NCBI GenBank assembly: GCA_013239625.1
Contig: MU054212.1
Location: 6,112,270 to 6,176,269 of the forward strand
DNA length: 64,000 nt
Source: Lama guanicoe
Taxonomy: Eukaryota
Reading direction: 5' to 3'
A model generated the notes under the pieces. The model searched no databases and was not told where the DNA came from. It was given only the letters and a program-made list of their open reading frames with translations. Shown piece by piece: positions 36,101 through 50,435 of this stretch; positions within the stretch are counted from its first letter, which is position 1, and every line of letters begins with the position of its first letter. The translations under genes and the position numbers were made by a program.

Positions 36101-38845
36101 AAAAATAACTGTCTTAAAAACCACGTACCTACTGTTTAACTAAAACTCAATGTTGGCGTACAGCAGTGGTGGTTTCTAGGAAGAGTTTAAAAACAAAATC
36201 CCTAAATAAAATTGGCACGTCCTTAATGTGTGCCTGAGTAGCTAGTAGTGGGAGTTGGAGCTGTGAATTTGTGTTCTCTGTTTAGTTTGAAGCTTTCTTC
36301 CCGTGAGTGTTTGGGGGTGTGACTGTGGATAATTGGTGGGAAGGGGGGGCTGGGGCCCCAGGGAAGAGGGGATTACATGGAACAAGAGTGGAAGCCCACT
36401 TAATCTGTTCTTTGGACCACCAACTAACTAGTTTGATGAGGTTCCTAATGGCTTACCAGGAAAAAAGAAGTATCATACTGTAAATTCAAGTGCACAAAAC
36501 CTTTTAAAGAGGACTTAGGTGGTCCTTGACACCTATAACCGAGTAACTGAGATGTAGTTTTCAATACTGAAAAACCCAGCAATGAGCCAGGGAGAAAAAT
36601 CTGCAGCCCACACAATGTGTTTTGTGGCTATATTTTCAGGGCCTGTTGTTTCAGCTTTGTATTTTAAACTCAAGGCTAATTTACCTCCTGTCTGGTTACT
36701 GATGTTGCTTCCCAGCTGCACATTGACATAATTCCCCAAGGCCAAGATGGAAGGCAAGATGTTATTGTGTAATGTATGAAATCTATTGATTAGTTCAGGG
36801 CAGTAACCACCTCAGGATAACCACATTTAAATTTTGTCTATATTTGCATTAAAACTTTTAAGGTGTACCAAAGACACAACACAAAGTGGACATCAAGTCT
36901 TGAAGATTTCCTTTTGTAGAACTGAATTGGACAGCTTTGCTATTGGAGATGGTTATCTGATTGGAGATTGTTTTCCCTGGTTTGCGTTTTGAATGCTATA
37001 ATTTACTGTTTGCCGTGTTTTACTTGTGCTAAAGGATAACATAAAATGTTAAATCTGTTGTGTAATCTTTTTCTTTGTTGGAGTGAATAGGAAACCAGCA
37101 GCTGGAAAAATAGTCATGAAGTAACACAAGGGCTGGACAAATTGCCTTCCCTCACTTTACTGTTCTTTGTTTTGACAAATCTATGTCCATTGTTCTGGCC
37201 GTGGGCAGAATTTCCATACTCCTCCTTTTGGCAAATTTACTGGGGCCCCTTCCACTTTATGAATGTTAACTAGAGTCCCTTCTGCACTGGAGATTGGTGA
37301 GCACTCTTAATATCATTCGTACTTCCTAAATGAATTACTCTCTTCCATTGAACTTTAAATTGGAAAAATGAGGAAATGCAAATGAAACTTCTATAATATT
37401 ATCCCATTTGAAACCAATTTCCAAACTTGGTGAACTCGGTTGTTTATGCTAATTTCTGTTTGTAAACCTATTTCAAAGTCAGGCGAGTATAGCAATGGCA
37501 ACAATACCTTGAATGAATGTGTGTCCTGTGTTATGATGCAGTAAAACCCTGGGCTTGATAGCAGAATTTGAGATTCAGCTCTGACACTGATCACCTGTAT
37601 AACCACCCCGTTGCTTAAACTTTTTGACTCTCAGTTTTTTCATTTGTATTACGGTGAGTCATGGAATTTTTATGACTATTTAAAATGTAAAAGTAGCCCA
37701 TAATAAAGCTCAAAACATGGTTTCTAGTTCCTTGAGTTATTCCATAAAGCATGCAAAAACCTGTGAACGGGTGTTATTTCTGATCTCTGTATTCCTTTCA
37801 GAATAAAACTGGGCCCCAAAAGATAGATCTGTGACATTTCCGAGATGTCCTGGATAGCCTTACCCTTAGCTTAGTTCTTTTTTCCTTTGGTGGACTTTAA
37901 GAAGTTCCATTCTAATGTTCTGTCCTTTCGAACTGATGTTATTCATAACATCGTATCAATTGTAAAAATAGATTTGGGGGAAAGGCTTCCTACCTCTGTC
38001 TTATCTTCTGTTATCAGTGAGCTGGGGAAAGAGGGAGTAGACGAGTTGAAACTGTAAGTGAAACGAAAAAGGAATCTGATTTGCAGTCAAAAGAAATATT
38101 CAAAGAAATATGGTGTCCAATTGGCTATGGTAGATACAGAGGGAGGAAAAAGTGGAGGACAGAGATAAAGGGAGGCAGAGTTTAGCTCAGGAAGGAAGTT
38201 AATGAACTCATCATTAGGCCTGTTGAATGTCTGATAGGAAGACATCTAAATTGAAATATCCAAAAGATACTGGGAAAGAGGGTTTGGGGAAAGAGGGAGG
38301 AGCTGGAGCTAAGGGACTTACTGGAAAGGGTCAAGAGGTTGAGAACAGGCCTAAGAGAGGTCTGTACAAACTGGAGCAGACCACACGGTACAAAGAACCA
38401 CATCGCCGTTGAACTGAGTTGGAATGAGCTGCTCCACGTCGCAGAATTTGCCTAATTTTTTAGAATGAAACTGTTGAGGATAATTCTGAAGTGCTTTCAG
38501 GTAAACGGATTAAAACATTCCATTTGTGGTCAAGTACAAGCACCGAATTAGTGGTTCTCTAAATGGAGTCTGAGAGTTTCCTGATGCCTTTTTTTTTTTT
38601 AATTGAAGTATAGTCAGTTTACTATATGTCAGTTTCTGGTGGACAGCACAATGTCCTGGTCATACATATGCATTTTATAAATCGAAGTTTATACCTTTTG
38701 GCCCCCTTCACCTGTTTCACTTCCAGTCCCCACAGTGCTTTCATTCTTACAGATGCGCGATCCCAAAGATTTCCTTTTTAACCTTAGATTAAAGCTACCT
38801 ATCCTATGATTTATTATAGATCTTTATTACTTACTTATGTATTTT

Positions 38846-39080
38846 CTATTAGTGAGGGTTGTCCAGAGAAACAACCAATACATTATATATAAATACATGG
38901 AGAGAGAGAGAAAGAGAGATTGATTTTAGGGAGTTGACTGAGGATAATCTAATTAAAGTCAACTGATTGTAAATATTAGCTCCATGTACAAAATACCTTT
39001 ACAGCAACACCTAGATAAATGTTGGATTAAACAACTGAGTACTGTAGGCTGGCTAAGTTGATACATAAGGCTAACCATCA
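38846..39080. mobile_element. MLT2-like ERVL LTR with internal deletion
   Basis: tattagtgagggttgtccagagaaacaaccaat...ctaagttgatacataaggctaaccatcaca. Confidence 0.7.
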
Positions 39081-39859
39081 CATCCATTCAACAAGTTTTT
39101 AAGGGTTATTAAAATCTGGTTATCAAAACAAATATGAGATCAGTATCAGGCTGACCTGAAGACCCTTCAGAATTCTCCTGGCAGGCAGCCATGCATACCG
39201 GTACACGTTGCTCAGCAGACAGTGGGAATCCACAGTTTCCTGTAGATTAAAATCATATCATTGTTCATTTAGCGTCATCATTATCGCTTTGGTCTGCTGT
39301 GGGTTGTTTGGTTAGATCTACCGTTGTATGGCGTGCATTCGTTTTCTGATCCACCCAGCCTGTCTTGTTCTGTGCTGAGCACACAGACACAAAAGCTTGT
39401 CCTCTTGGAGCTTGCATTCTTATGAGGAAGATGGACAGTAAACAAGAAAGGAGTGTTAAGTATGTAGTTTGTTACATAGTGATGGTGCCAGTGGGTTAAA
39501 AAAATAAGACAAAGAAGCGAGACAAAGGAATTATGTGGGGCAGTTGCAATTTTAGGATATTTAGAGCAATGCTTCTTAAATTATCTGTTGTAAAGAACTA
39601 GTGAGGTTGTTTTGTTTTGTTTTAGTTTCCAGCCCGTCACAGACCAATACTTTTATAAAATAAAAAATGTATTATGGAAAAATGGAATTTAAAAATACAA
39701 AAATGTATCAATACAAGCTCTCATTTGAAAAATTATTAGATTTGACAGACATAACTGTCAGATTTCTATACAAGTTTCTAAATATTTCTCTCAATTTCTA
39801 TACTTATTGAGCATGGACTATTGATAAACAGGACCTTATTTTATGCAGTTGGTCTAAAG

Positions 39860-41140
39860 GAAAGCAGGAGGTGAGAAAGCTGGTTTGACTGGAGCAAAAG
39901 TAAGTGAAGGGCAGTTGTAAGCGGTGGGGGCATTTGTAAGAAGTTTGGCTTTTTCTCTGAGTGAGGATTTTAAGCAGAGTCATGGCTTGAGCTGATTTGA
40001 GAGGATTGCTCTGGCTGCTGAGAATAGTCTGTAGTGGGAGGAGCAAGATGAGAGCGTGAGATAGGAGGCCACTGTGATGATGCAGGTGAGAGAGAACAGT
40101 GGAGGTGGTGAGAATAGAAGGATGTGAGATATTTTTGAAGGTGCACCTAGCAAGATGGGTTCAGCGAGGAGTGTGACATCAAGGGTGGCTGCAAAGCCCT
40201 TGGCCTGAACAGAGGTTGGTGTGGCTCTAACTGAGCTGGGAGAGACTAAGAGGACAGGATGAGGGTCAGGGTTAAGTCAGGAGTTCAGTTACGGACAAGC
40301 CACATTTGAGACAACCAGGTGGAGATGCTGAGTGCACAACTGGGTATGTGAATCTGGAGATCAGAGGATCTGAGCTGGGCTGGAGGTAGATATAATTGGG
40401 AATCATAAATGTACACCCACTGTAAATCCCTGGGACTGGATGAGCTCATCAAGGATTAAGTATAATTAGAAAAGAATAGAGGGCTGAGGACTGCACAGTG
40501 GTGCCCACCAGTATTTAGAAGCTGAGACGTGAAAACCAGAAAAGCAGCAGCCGACGGGGAAAGAAGGAAACCACGTGGTGTCCTGCAGGCTGAGTGAGTG
40601 CAAGAAGTATTTTTGAGGGAAGAGGGACCCACTGAATCCAGTGCTGCTTTAAAGGTCAAGTGGGTGAAGACTGGGAATTGGCTACTGGATTTAGTGACAT
40701 GGACACCATTGGTGGCCTTGGAAAGAGAAGTTTCAGTGGAACTGGGCTCCAAAGCCTAATTGGAGTGGGTTCACAAGGGATCAGAGAAGCAAGTTAGAGA
40801 CAGGGAGGTAGCAAGCCCTTTCATGGAGTTGGGAGGCAAAGGGAAGGAGAGAATTTGGGGCCATAGCTGGAAAATGAAGTGGTATCAAGAGAATTTTCTT
40901 TTAAAAGAAGGAGAATGGAATATTTTGTATGCTGATAGCAATGAACCCATAGTGAGGGAGATTTTGATGCACAGGGGAGAAGAGAGAATTGCAGGGCTAG
41001 GATTTACAGTGGGGGCCTGGCCTTAACTAGGAGAACGGACAGTTTGTCCATTGAAGAGGATGTTGAGTGTTAAATGGGCACAGAAGCAGGTAGTTGAAGT
41101 AGTGGGAGTTTGTAGAAGTTTCCCATCTGATTGCAGATCA
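39860..41140 (-). mobile_element. L2 LINE relic
   Basis: Typical L2 text, e.g. ggatttagtgacatggacaccattggtggccttggaaagagaagtttcagtgga. Confidence 0.65.
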
Positions 41141-41170
41141 TCATTGATAGGATACTTGACTTGTGATTTG

Positions 41171-42030
41171 ATTTTTTTATTGAAGTATAGTTGCTGTACA
41201 ATATTATATGTTACAAGTGTACAATATGATTTACAATTTTTAAAGGTTATACTCCATTTATAGTTATTATAAAATATTGGCTATATTCCTTGTGTTGTAC
41301 AATATATTCTTGTAGCTAATTTTATACCTAACAGTTTGTACCTCTTACTCCTCTACCCCTATATCGCCCCTCCCACCTTTCCTCTCCCACTGGTAACCAC
41401 TAGTTTGCTGTCTATATCTGAGTCTGCTTTTTTTTTTGTTATATTCACTAGTTTGTTGTATTTTTTAGATTCCACATATAAGTGATATGATACAGTATTT
41501 GTCTCTCTCTGACTTATTTCATTTAGCATAATACCCTCCAAATCCATCCATGTTGCTAACAAGTGGCAAAACCTCATTCTTTTTTATGGCTGAGCAGTAT
41601 TCTATTGTAGATACGTACACTGCATCTTCTTTATCCATTCATCTGTTGATGGACACTTAGGTTGCTTCCATATCTTGGTAATTGAAAATAATGCTGCTGT
41701 GAACATTAGGGTGCATATATCTTTTCAAATTAGTGTTTTTGTTTTTCTCAGATATATACCCAGAAGTGGGATTGCTGGGTCATATGGTAGTTCTATTTTT
41801 AGCTTTTTGAGAAACCTCCATACTGTTTCCACAGTGGCTGCACCAGCTTACATTCCTACCAACAGTGTACGAGGCTTCCTTTTTCTTCACATCCTCACCG
41901 ATGTTTGTTGTTTGTGATCATTTTGATGATAGCCATTCTCACGAGTGGTCGGTGATACCTCATTGTAGTTTTGATTTGCATTTCCCTGATGATGTGCGAG
42001 GTTGAACATCTTTTCATGTGCCTGTTGGCC
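41171..42030 (-). mobile_element. L1 3' fragment (~860 bp)
   Basis: L1 ORF2 end and 3'UTR on the - strand. TSD tgtgatttg at 41162-41170 and 42031-42039. Confidence 0.92.
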
Positions 42031-45000
42031 TGTGATTTGGCTTTAAGATAAATTTTGCGGTTTAATTATGAGCCATTCAGGCCTCTAATGCTAAAACAAG
42101 TGTGTATAGAATGTCTCCTCCTTCCAATGTACTTGGGTAAGCATCACTTAAAACAGGATGACTGAAGTCTTTTGTACCATCAAGGCCTCAAAACTCTTGA
42201 GAGCCTTTGCTCTAAGGAAGGAATGCTATTTTCCATGTTGCCACTCCTTTAAGATCTGGCACTTAGTAGGTGTTAAATATTTTGAATTAATGAATGACTC
42301 TAAGACAAAGTTTGGATACTTTGGTAGATACTACTCTGGGACAAGCACTTCACGGAGCCAGCCAACCGATGCTGTGTAATCTGTGTAACAGACAGGAGTT
42401 TCATGACAGGTTTTGAACTCTCTTCCTTTTACAGGGTTATTCATCTGTGCCTGTATTACTGAAAATTTCAGAAAGATGTAATTAAGCTGAAATTTGCCTC
42501 ATCTGGTAGTTAAACTGCTCTGTGTTTACTTAGCAACGTTAGTGTTGACATAGGCAAATTAAATATTAGTGATCTATTCATGATGTATTTATTCTCTAAC
42601 AAACAAAACCTAAATAATGTCGCAGATTGAGTTTTATCCGTGGTTCTCTTTAGAACCTGACTCCTGGTCCAAGGACCAGCAGCACTGCAGAATCTCAGCC
42701 CCTGTCAGGTCTGCTGAATCAGAATCTGCATTTTAACAAGATGCCCATGGGATTTATATCCATTTTAAAGTGTGAGAAGTACAGCCTTAGATAATCCTAT
42801 TTAATTGACAGTTGTTTACAGCAAGCTGAGGACAATGTTTGAGGGTTGTAGTCAGCCTTCTAAGATTATAGATTAAAGGAAATAAAATTTTCCTTGTGGG
42901 GATGAGTATAAAAATCAGCATGTGATGGAGGGTAGAGATATGCAGAGTCCATTTTTGGAGGCTGGATGGTCCTAGGATGGACTTTGAGTGTCACCTGATT
43001 GGAGGCATAAAAGCGTCGAAGGGACCATATAGGTGCAGTGCTTGGCTGGAAGGCCTGTGCTCCAAGAACAGCTGCTCTTTGGCCTGTCCAGGCTGCTCCA
43101 TCACTGGTGAAGAGGGAGACTGGTGCCAGAGTGTCTGTGTGTGTGTGTCTATTGCCCTATTGCCCTGTACTGGAAAATTTCAGCCTGAGACGCGCATTCT
43201 CACTTTGAATGACAAGAGCAACTCCCCTTATTCTATTTCTACATTCAAGCCCCTCAGGCCAGCTCAGGATTCTCCTTCAGCTTCGCGTTGGCCCCCCCAG
43301 TGAGGCCGCTCAGTGTTGAGCACATGAAGCAAATGTCAGACCCAGCACATGTTGCCAAGGGCTATCTTCCAGAACCACATGTGGGGACCACCTCTGGATA
43401 CGTATTTTGCCGGTCTAGCCCTAAGCCCCTTGGAGGCCCTAATGCATCCCTTTCCTCTTGAATCCTACCATACGTAGGGTGCAGGTTTCCCTCTTAAAAT
43501 CATGCACATAACTTTACCCAGTGTCCTCAGTGACCCTTTCCCCATTTGTCTCCAATACCAAGCCAACCCTTTACATTATACCAGTTTTATGGCTAATCGC
43601 TTCATTAGAGAAACAGAAAGGGGTTAATAAAATAAACAATAGTGGTGGGATAATTAAGTTTCCAGCTGGTTTCAGAGTTCTTAGAGTCACTATCTAGTTC
43701 CTGATTGATGTCATCAGGAGCTGCAAGCTCACAGGGGCGAAGGGCAGCGGGGGTGAGTGTCATAAGTGAACAAGGAGGATGGGTACCCTACAGGACGGGG
43801 CACCCACCCAGGTGGCCACGTGGGAACTGAGTCCAGAGTTGCAGGAGACTAGCTTTTCAAGAGAAGCCAGAAACTTGGGTTCATATGTGAACTCTGCTTT
43901 TCAAGCAATGGCAACTCGTTCAGAATTTTTGAAAACATTAAACCAGTGTAAAAGAAAAAAAATAAGATGCAGTTCCTTCACCCTCAGCGTCTATCTTTCA
44001 CCTGCATTCTCCTCATTCTGATCATGTCTGTTGTGTTTCATCATTCCCAGCCACCTTCCGGAGGGGGAAGACGAACAGGAATCCTTATCTTCTTGGGTTT
44101 ATGTCCATTTTCATCCCTTGAGTTCTTCCAGAAGGACACAACACTTTTTTTTTTTATTAATGGGAACATTGGTTCCTGCCCAGAAAATTCTCCCTTGGCT
44201 CATTCCTCATAATTGATTTAGTTATTTCAATCTATTGGCCATTTACTGAGTAGCTACTATGTGCCTGGGGATACGTGGCAGGGAGGCCTGCAAGATTCTG
44301 AATGGTTCTGTGCTGTATATATTTCTGTGATCTTCCTGCACTGTTGTTGTTACCAACCTGTTGTCAGTGGGGCATTTTTTGGTTTGCTGTGTTGTGTTTT
44401 TCATCTTTACTAAGGTGATACAGTACAATTCCCACAATGTGTAGAGGTTGATGAATTTTGGTAATGTATACAATCCTATAGCCACCACCACAAGCAAGAT
44501 CTAGAATAGTTATAACGTTCCATTACCCTAGAAAGTTCCCTCGAATCCTTTGCAGTCAGTCCGCTCCCCAAACTCCTGGCCCCCAGGCAACCCCATCTGC
44601 TTTCTGTCACCAAGTTTTGGAATCATTCAGTAAATAGTCTTTTTTTATTAACTTCATTCACTTAGCATAATGGGGCATAATATTCATTGTCATTTGGTAT
44701 ATAGTAAATCCTTTTGTCTCTGCTTCCAAAATCAATCCTAAATGTGTCTGTCCAGTGTCTACTGCTACTTTGCTGGTCTAAGCCACTTGAGCCAACTCTT
44801 ACAATGGGCGTAACACTGGACTCTTGTACCTCTGGAAGCCATTCTTCACACAGAAACGGTGATCTGTGTAATGAAAATCAAGTCGTTTGTCACTCTCGTA
44901 CTTCAGACCCTCCATTGCCTTCCCACCACTCTTAGCTCTGGCTTTATGGTTTGGCTCCTGTCCCACACATCTCCCGTTTCTCTCCCCGGGGCCCCCTGCA

Positions 45001-45479
45001 TTTCAACCACGCTGGCTTTCTCTACCTCAGCAAAATGCTCCCAACTTTTTGTACCCTTTAATTTCAGGTTGGAGAACCATTCCTAGATCTTCTCAAGACT
45101 GGTACCTTCAAACGTCATCTCAGGGACCAGCCGTCTAACTGCTCGCTGTGCCCCACCCACTCCATTTTTATTGTCAACAGTTATTCTTCTTGGGGCGTTT
45201 ATCATTTGCCGGGCTGTTTGTTTACCTGTTTATTTCCTCTCTCTGCTTTCTAGAACTCTGAGGGCAGGCACTTTGGGCGCTGCCATAGTTGCATCGCGGG
45301 CATGTTGAACACTGTCTGGCAATCACAAGCTATTACTACAAATTTCGCCAGTGATTGCATGCTGGGGAGATGTGTGCAGATTTATGCGTTCTCTTATAAA
45401 GTCTTCATTTCAACCTTGGAATAACTGTTCTTTCTAAAAGCCATACAAATTCATTTTCTGTATTTTTCCCCCTTCAGCC

Positions 45480-45563
45480 TTTTTTTTTTTTTTTTGTAGA
45501 TCGAACCCAGGACCTTACGCGTGCTAAGCATGCGCTCTACCACTAAGCTATATCCCACCCCCC
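45480..45563 (-). mobile_element. tRNA-derived SINE (Vic-1-like), short copy with poly(A)
   Basis: Reverse complement reads gggggtgggatatagcttagtggtagagcgcatgcttagcacgcgtaaggtcctgggttcgatctac(A)16. Confidence 0.85.
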
Positions 45564-45794
45564 TTGAACTCTTTAAATTTATTTAAATAATCAAGAATGC
45601 AAAATAATCTTTTCCTCACACTGAATTTGGATGCTCTTCAAAATAAAATTTTTTTAAATGTTTCTCTCTTCAAATCACATTCTGTTAAAAATTTCAGGCC
45701 TCTCATCCTCCAAACATTTCCCTTGCTAATTTTCCAAGTAAACTTTTCTCAGGAGTAAAGAAAATTTAAGTTATAGTAAGGTGATTGATTTCCC

Positions 45795-46830
45795 CTAGTA
45801 TTTTATTACGAAAAGTTTCAAACATACAGCTAAGTTACAGAACTGTCCAGTGAACACCCATAATATCCATACTTGTATTCTGCAACTGCTGATTTTGCCA
45901 TATTTGCTTTCTCCCTCACTTTATCACATACCTATCCATCCATCAATCCATCGTATTTTTTGATGCATTTCAGAGTAGGTTACAAATATCAGCACGCTCT
46001 ATCCTTTTCATATCAGCATGCATAATATTAACCAGTGTTCAGTATTTGTTTATGGGCTTTTTTAATGTAAATTACACATATTATGAAATGTATACATCTA
46101 GGTATACTATTTGCTGAGTTTTGGCCCTAAGCCCTATCGAGATATAGAATAGTCCCATTGCCCCTAGATGGTTCCCCCATGCCCCTTGCTACCTGGTCCC
46201 CCTCCACATACAGTCATTGTTGTTATTTTTTTCTATCATAATTGGTTTTGCCTATTCACGATCTTCATGTAAGTGGAATTATACAGGACGTACTCACTTG
46301 TGTCTGGCTTCTTTACTCACTATGTCTTTGAGGGTCATTCATGTTATTGTTTGTATTAGTACTTCTCTCTGTTTTATTGCCGTGTAGTATTCCATCCATT
46401 GCTGCAGTTTCTTTATTCATTTGCTTCTTGATGGATTATTTCCAGCTTGGGGCAATTATGAAAACCTTCCTTGGGAATATTCTCGTACAGATGGACATAT
46501 TTTTCATTTCTCTGGAGTAAATACTTGGGCTTGGCATTGCAGGGTTATGGGGCACCTCTAAGTTTTGTTTTCTAAGAAACTACCAGATCACTTATGCCAA
46601 GTGGTTGTAGGTGTTTAACTTTTTAAAAGAATCAGTTATGGTGTAGGTAATACATTATGGTCACATGGTTCAAACCTAAAATTCGACAAGGTAAATACCC
46701 TTCTTCTACCAAATACCCCTTTCTTTCCAGTTCCCACTTCTCCATCAGGGAGGTAAATGTTCTTATTTTCTTCACCCCAGGTGTTTTCGTACATCTGCAA
46801 ACCTGCAAGTAGCTCACACTATATATTCAC
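45795..46830 (-). mobile_element. Old L1M 3' relics
   Basis: gtaagtggaattatacaggacgtactcacttgtgtctggcttctttactca...ggagtaaatacttggg. Confidence 0.7.
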
Positions 46831-49342
46831 TTCTACACTTTCCTGCTTTGTAAGAGGTTTGAGTTTTGAGTCATCCTGTCTCTGTGCCCTGCTATGCATT
46901 ACCTAACCCTGAAGAGCTCTGTGTGAATTCTGATTAGACAATTCATAAAACGTTGGATCGCGTGTATACTTTTCATACCAAAGTTCTGGAGTAGGGATGT
47001 TAGATGCTCCTGTTCTCATGATTTGCATTTGGTAACTACACCTTTAAGGAGAGAATGTTCACCTCAGACCTTTTGAAGGAAGTACTTCTCCACCCCAGAA
47101 AGTGACACTTGAGCAGCAGTAGCATCCAGTACCTTTTCATGATAACGCTTACAAAGGTTGTGGTTTTTATGTACTCATAATCAGTAAATTCAGTCTGTTC
47201 CAAAACACCTTGGTCTTGATGTGTTTTCTCAGGTTAATAATCACTTTTATTAAAAAGAGTACAGCTAGTTGACTCATCTACCAGATTTGCAGTTAATATT
47301 GTCACATAACACAGCATCACCTACATACTGCTCACTTGAGAGGTTCGTGCCACAGGCAACACCACTGTACAGACAGCGCGGTCATAGTGAGGGACTGCAT
47401 TTTAAAAAATGCCTTAAGTGTGTGACTTTTCATGTATATCTACTAGGAATTTTCATGGTCGTGGTCATCAATTGTTACAAAAACCTGTGCAAGGCATTTA
47501 CAAAGTAGCAACAGAAGTGTCCTAGGGAAAGCCCACTAGCTTATCCAGGTCCATCAGCGATGTCACACCTTTGCTGCTTCTGCATGTCTTGGGAGGAATT
47601 AAAAGTATCTTGTAAAAGACTGCCAACTTTGAGCTTGTCCCCAAACTGTTTGAGGTTTATCCTCAAACATTACTGTCCTCTGGCTGTATGACCTCGGCAA
47701 GTTGCTACACCTCTCTGAACCTCAGTGTGCCATCAGTCAGGGTAAGGAGAAAGCGGAGCAGCACTGAGGGTTCCTGTGAGAGCTGAGAGCTGCCGCGGGG
47801 CTTGGCACCAATATATTAGTCTGCTGTGTGTATTGGCATAAAATTCAAATAAATTTTGTGAGGAAAGGGGGAAGACAGACTTCTGGTTGACAAGAACACA
47901 GTGTTATCTGCTTACTCCTAAATTATATAAAGAATTCATGTCAGAACCATAGGTGTTGTATTAGAAACGATAATTGTGAGTTAAGCATTTGGATCACTGG
48001 TAATAAATACTCTTCAAAGCCTACACCCTGAGAACCAGTTCTTAGGGATTCAAAGAAATGCAAGGGCAGATTGTGCCTTAGAACTTTACAGTTAATCGCC
48101 TGAGGCAGAGAGAAGTAAATACAGACTAAGACTTAGGTCTTTTGATTCCAAAAGTAGTGTTCTTTCCAACTGGGGCAGCTGTGGTTGTGGAAAGACAGGT
48201 TATTGAATCGTGAGTCAGAAAACCCCAGCTTAAGACCAACCAAGTTCAGGATTTCCTGTAGGTGTGACCTTGCAGACGTAACCTAACCTTTATGTCCCTC
48301 AGTTTCCTCATATCTAAAGGAAATAATGATCTTAGGGGTTTGTTAAGGTCAAATGAATTAAGATATGTGGAAGTGTTTTAAAATTTTGTTTAAAAAATGC
48401 CTTGTATCAAGCTTGAAATTATATTAAAATAGAAAGTTACCAAACAACATAAATAACAAAAACACCTAGAAGGAAAAGGGCAGGAACCCAGGCAGATCTG
48501 GGGTCCTAAATAAAGAGCAGAGCCAATCTTTATGTCACTCTGTTTAGTGTTCATCTCCCAGAGAGAAGGTTTGCTTCCTCAGTCCGGCCAGCATCAGGTG
48601 CTCCGCCTTCAGCACGGGATTTGTGGGCACTTTGACTCAGGTCTCACCAGACTGTATCTAAATATAATAAGAGATGCAGTTCCTGCAGAGTGAAATCATG
48701 CTATTGCAAGAAAAAGGGGAAGTGGATGCTGGGCAGGCATAAACATCAAGCAGATGCCTCAAGAACAATGCAGACGTCAGCATCCCCTGTGTGAGCGTAA
48801 GACTTTTATAACAGAGGCAGAAGAGAGTGCTTTTAAGAATCAGTAACGACTGGTAGGCTTGAGAATTTCGTTTGTGAAATTTCATTGAACAGTATACCTG
48901 TGATATATGAACTTTTCAGTATGTATAGTATACTTAAACTTTAACGTGCTTAACTTTGGCCACAAATTAATATTCTCAAATAGATATTATGTGCTGAGTT
49001 AAAGCTATCAGATCATGCTGATGTGGACAGCCTATCTGAACGCTCACTTTTACTTCAACAGCTCCTATAAATAGGTCAAGATTTTCTGTGTATTTTGTTG
49101 ATTGTGGCTTTTTTTTTTATCATGATCATCTTTAAGTAAACCAGAGACTGTATTTTTTGACTTGGAGAACATTCCTAATTTTGATTAGATAATTTTTACC
49201 TCCTCAACATGCTACTATTTTCTCACCTAACACACAAAACCCCACAGAGCAAAGACCTATTTCCAACCCCCCTCCCGTAAATTGTAAGGTAAAGTGGGAT
49301 TAAAGAGGAGAAAAAACACATTAGATATCCTTTGAGTTATGG

Positions 49343-49960
49343 GTTTTTTTTATTGAAGTATAGTTGGCTTACAATGTTGTGTTTCAGGTGTACATTAAAG
49401 TGATCCAGGGGAGGAGATAGCTCAGTAGTAGAGTACCTGCCTAGCGTGCACAAGGTCCTGAGTTCAGTCCCCAGTACCTCCACTAAAATAAATAAATCTA
49501 ATTACCTCCCCCTCCAAAAAATAAAATAAGCCTTTAAAAAAAATAAAAATTAAGTGATTCAGTTATACATATACATTATATATATTCTTTTTCAGATTTT
49601 TTTTCCATTATAGGCTATTGCAAGATACTGAATATAGTTCCCTGTGCTATACAGTAGTACCTTGTTATTTACCTGTTTTATATATAGTAGTGTGTATCTG
49701 TTAATCCCAAACTCTCAGTATATCCCTCCTCCCTACCTTTCTCCTTTGGTAATCATAAATTTGTTTTCTACGTTTGTGAGTCTGTTTCTGTTTTGTAAAT
49801 AAGTTCATTTGCATCATTTTTTTTAAGATTCCACATCTAAGTAATATCATGGGATATTTGTCTTTCTCTGTCTGACTTAACTTTGCTTAGTGTGATAATC
49901 TCTAGGTCCATCCATGTTGCTGCAAATGGCATTATTTCATTCTTTTTTATTGCTAAGTAG
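49343..49960 (-). mobile_element. L1 3' fragment interrupted by a SINE
   Basis: tattgaagtatagttggcttacaatgttgt...tctaggtccatccatgttgctgcaaatggc. Confidence 0.9.
49408..49551 (+). mobile_element. tRNA-derived SINE (Vic-1-like) nested in an L1 3' end
   Basis: A/B boxes and aataaatctaattacctcccc tail. TSD aagtgatccag/aagtgattcag; the interrupted L1 resumes after it. Confidence 0.9.
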
Positions 49961-50281
49961 TATCTGAGTTACAGTTTTAATTCTGTTTATATGCTGTTTC
50001 TCCACCTTGTCTGCCATCTTTTGTTTAAATGCGTGCTCTGTGTGTGTGTGGGCAGGGGTGGGGATGGGGGAAATATGTGACCCACATGACCCCAGAGAAG
50101 TCTTACTGGGAAGGTAAGAGCCTCTCTGGCAAGCGTGGGATTCAGGTGGACCTTTCATTTGGCAGGACAGCTCTCAATGTACAAGGTGTCATTTAAATGC
50201 AGTTTCCACAAGTGAACACCTAGTGGTGGCTCCTTTATACCTGCTAAGGAAAATGATGCATTCTTGGTCTGTCTCCTGTAG

Positions 50282-50435
50282 ATTCTGCCGTTCCTGCATC
50301 TCTACCAGTCTGAAGAACAATAAGTGGACTTGTCCTTACTGCCGGGCGTACCTTCCCTCAGAAGGAGTTCCAGCAACTGATGTGGCCAAGAGAATGAAAT
50401 CCGAGTTCCAGAACTGCACCGAGTGTGACACGCTG
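50282..50435 (+). CDS. RNF125: RNF125 coding exon 2 (second half of RING, start of C2HC zinc finger)
   Basis: Acceptor gtctcctgtag|A. Encodes [51 protein letters not shown]. Donor CTG|gtatgg. 154 nt, in phase with exon 1. Confidence 0.97.
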
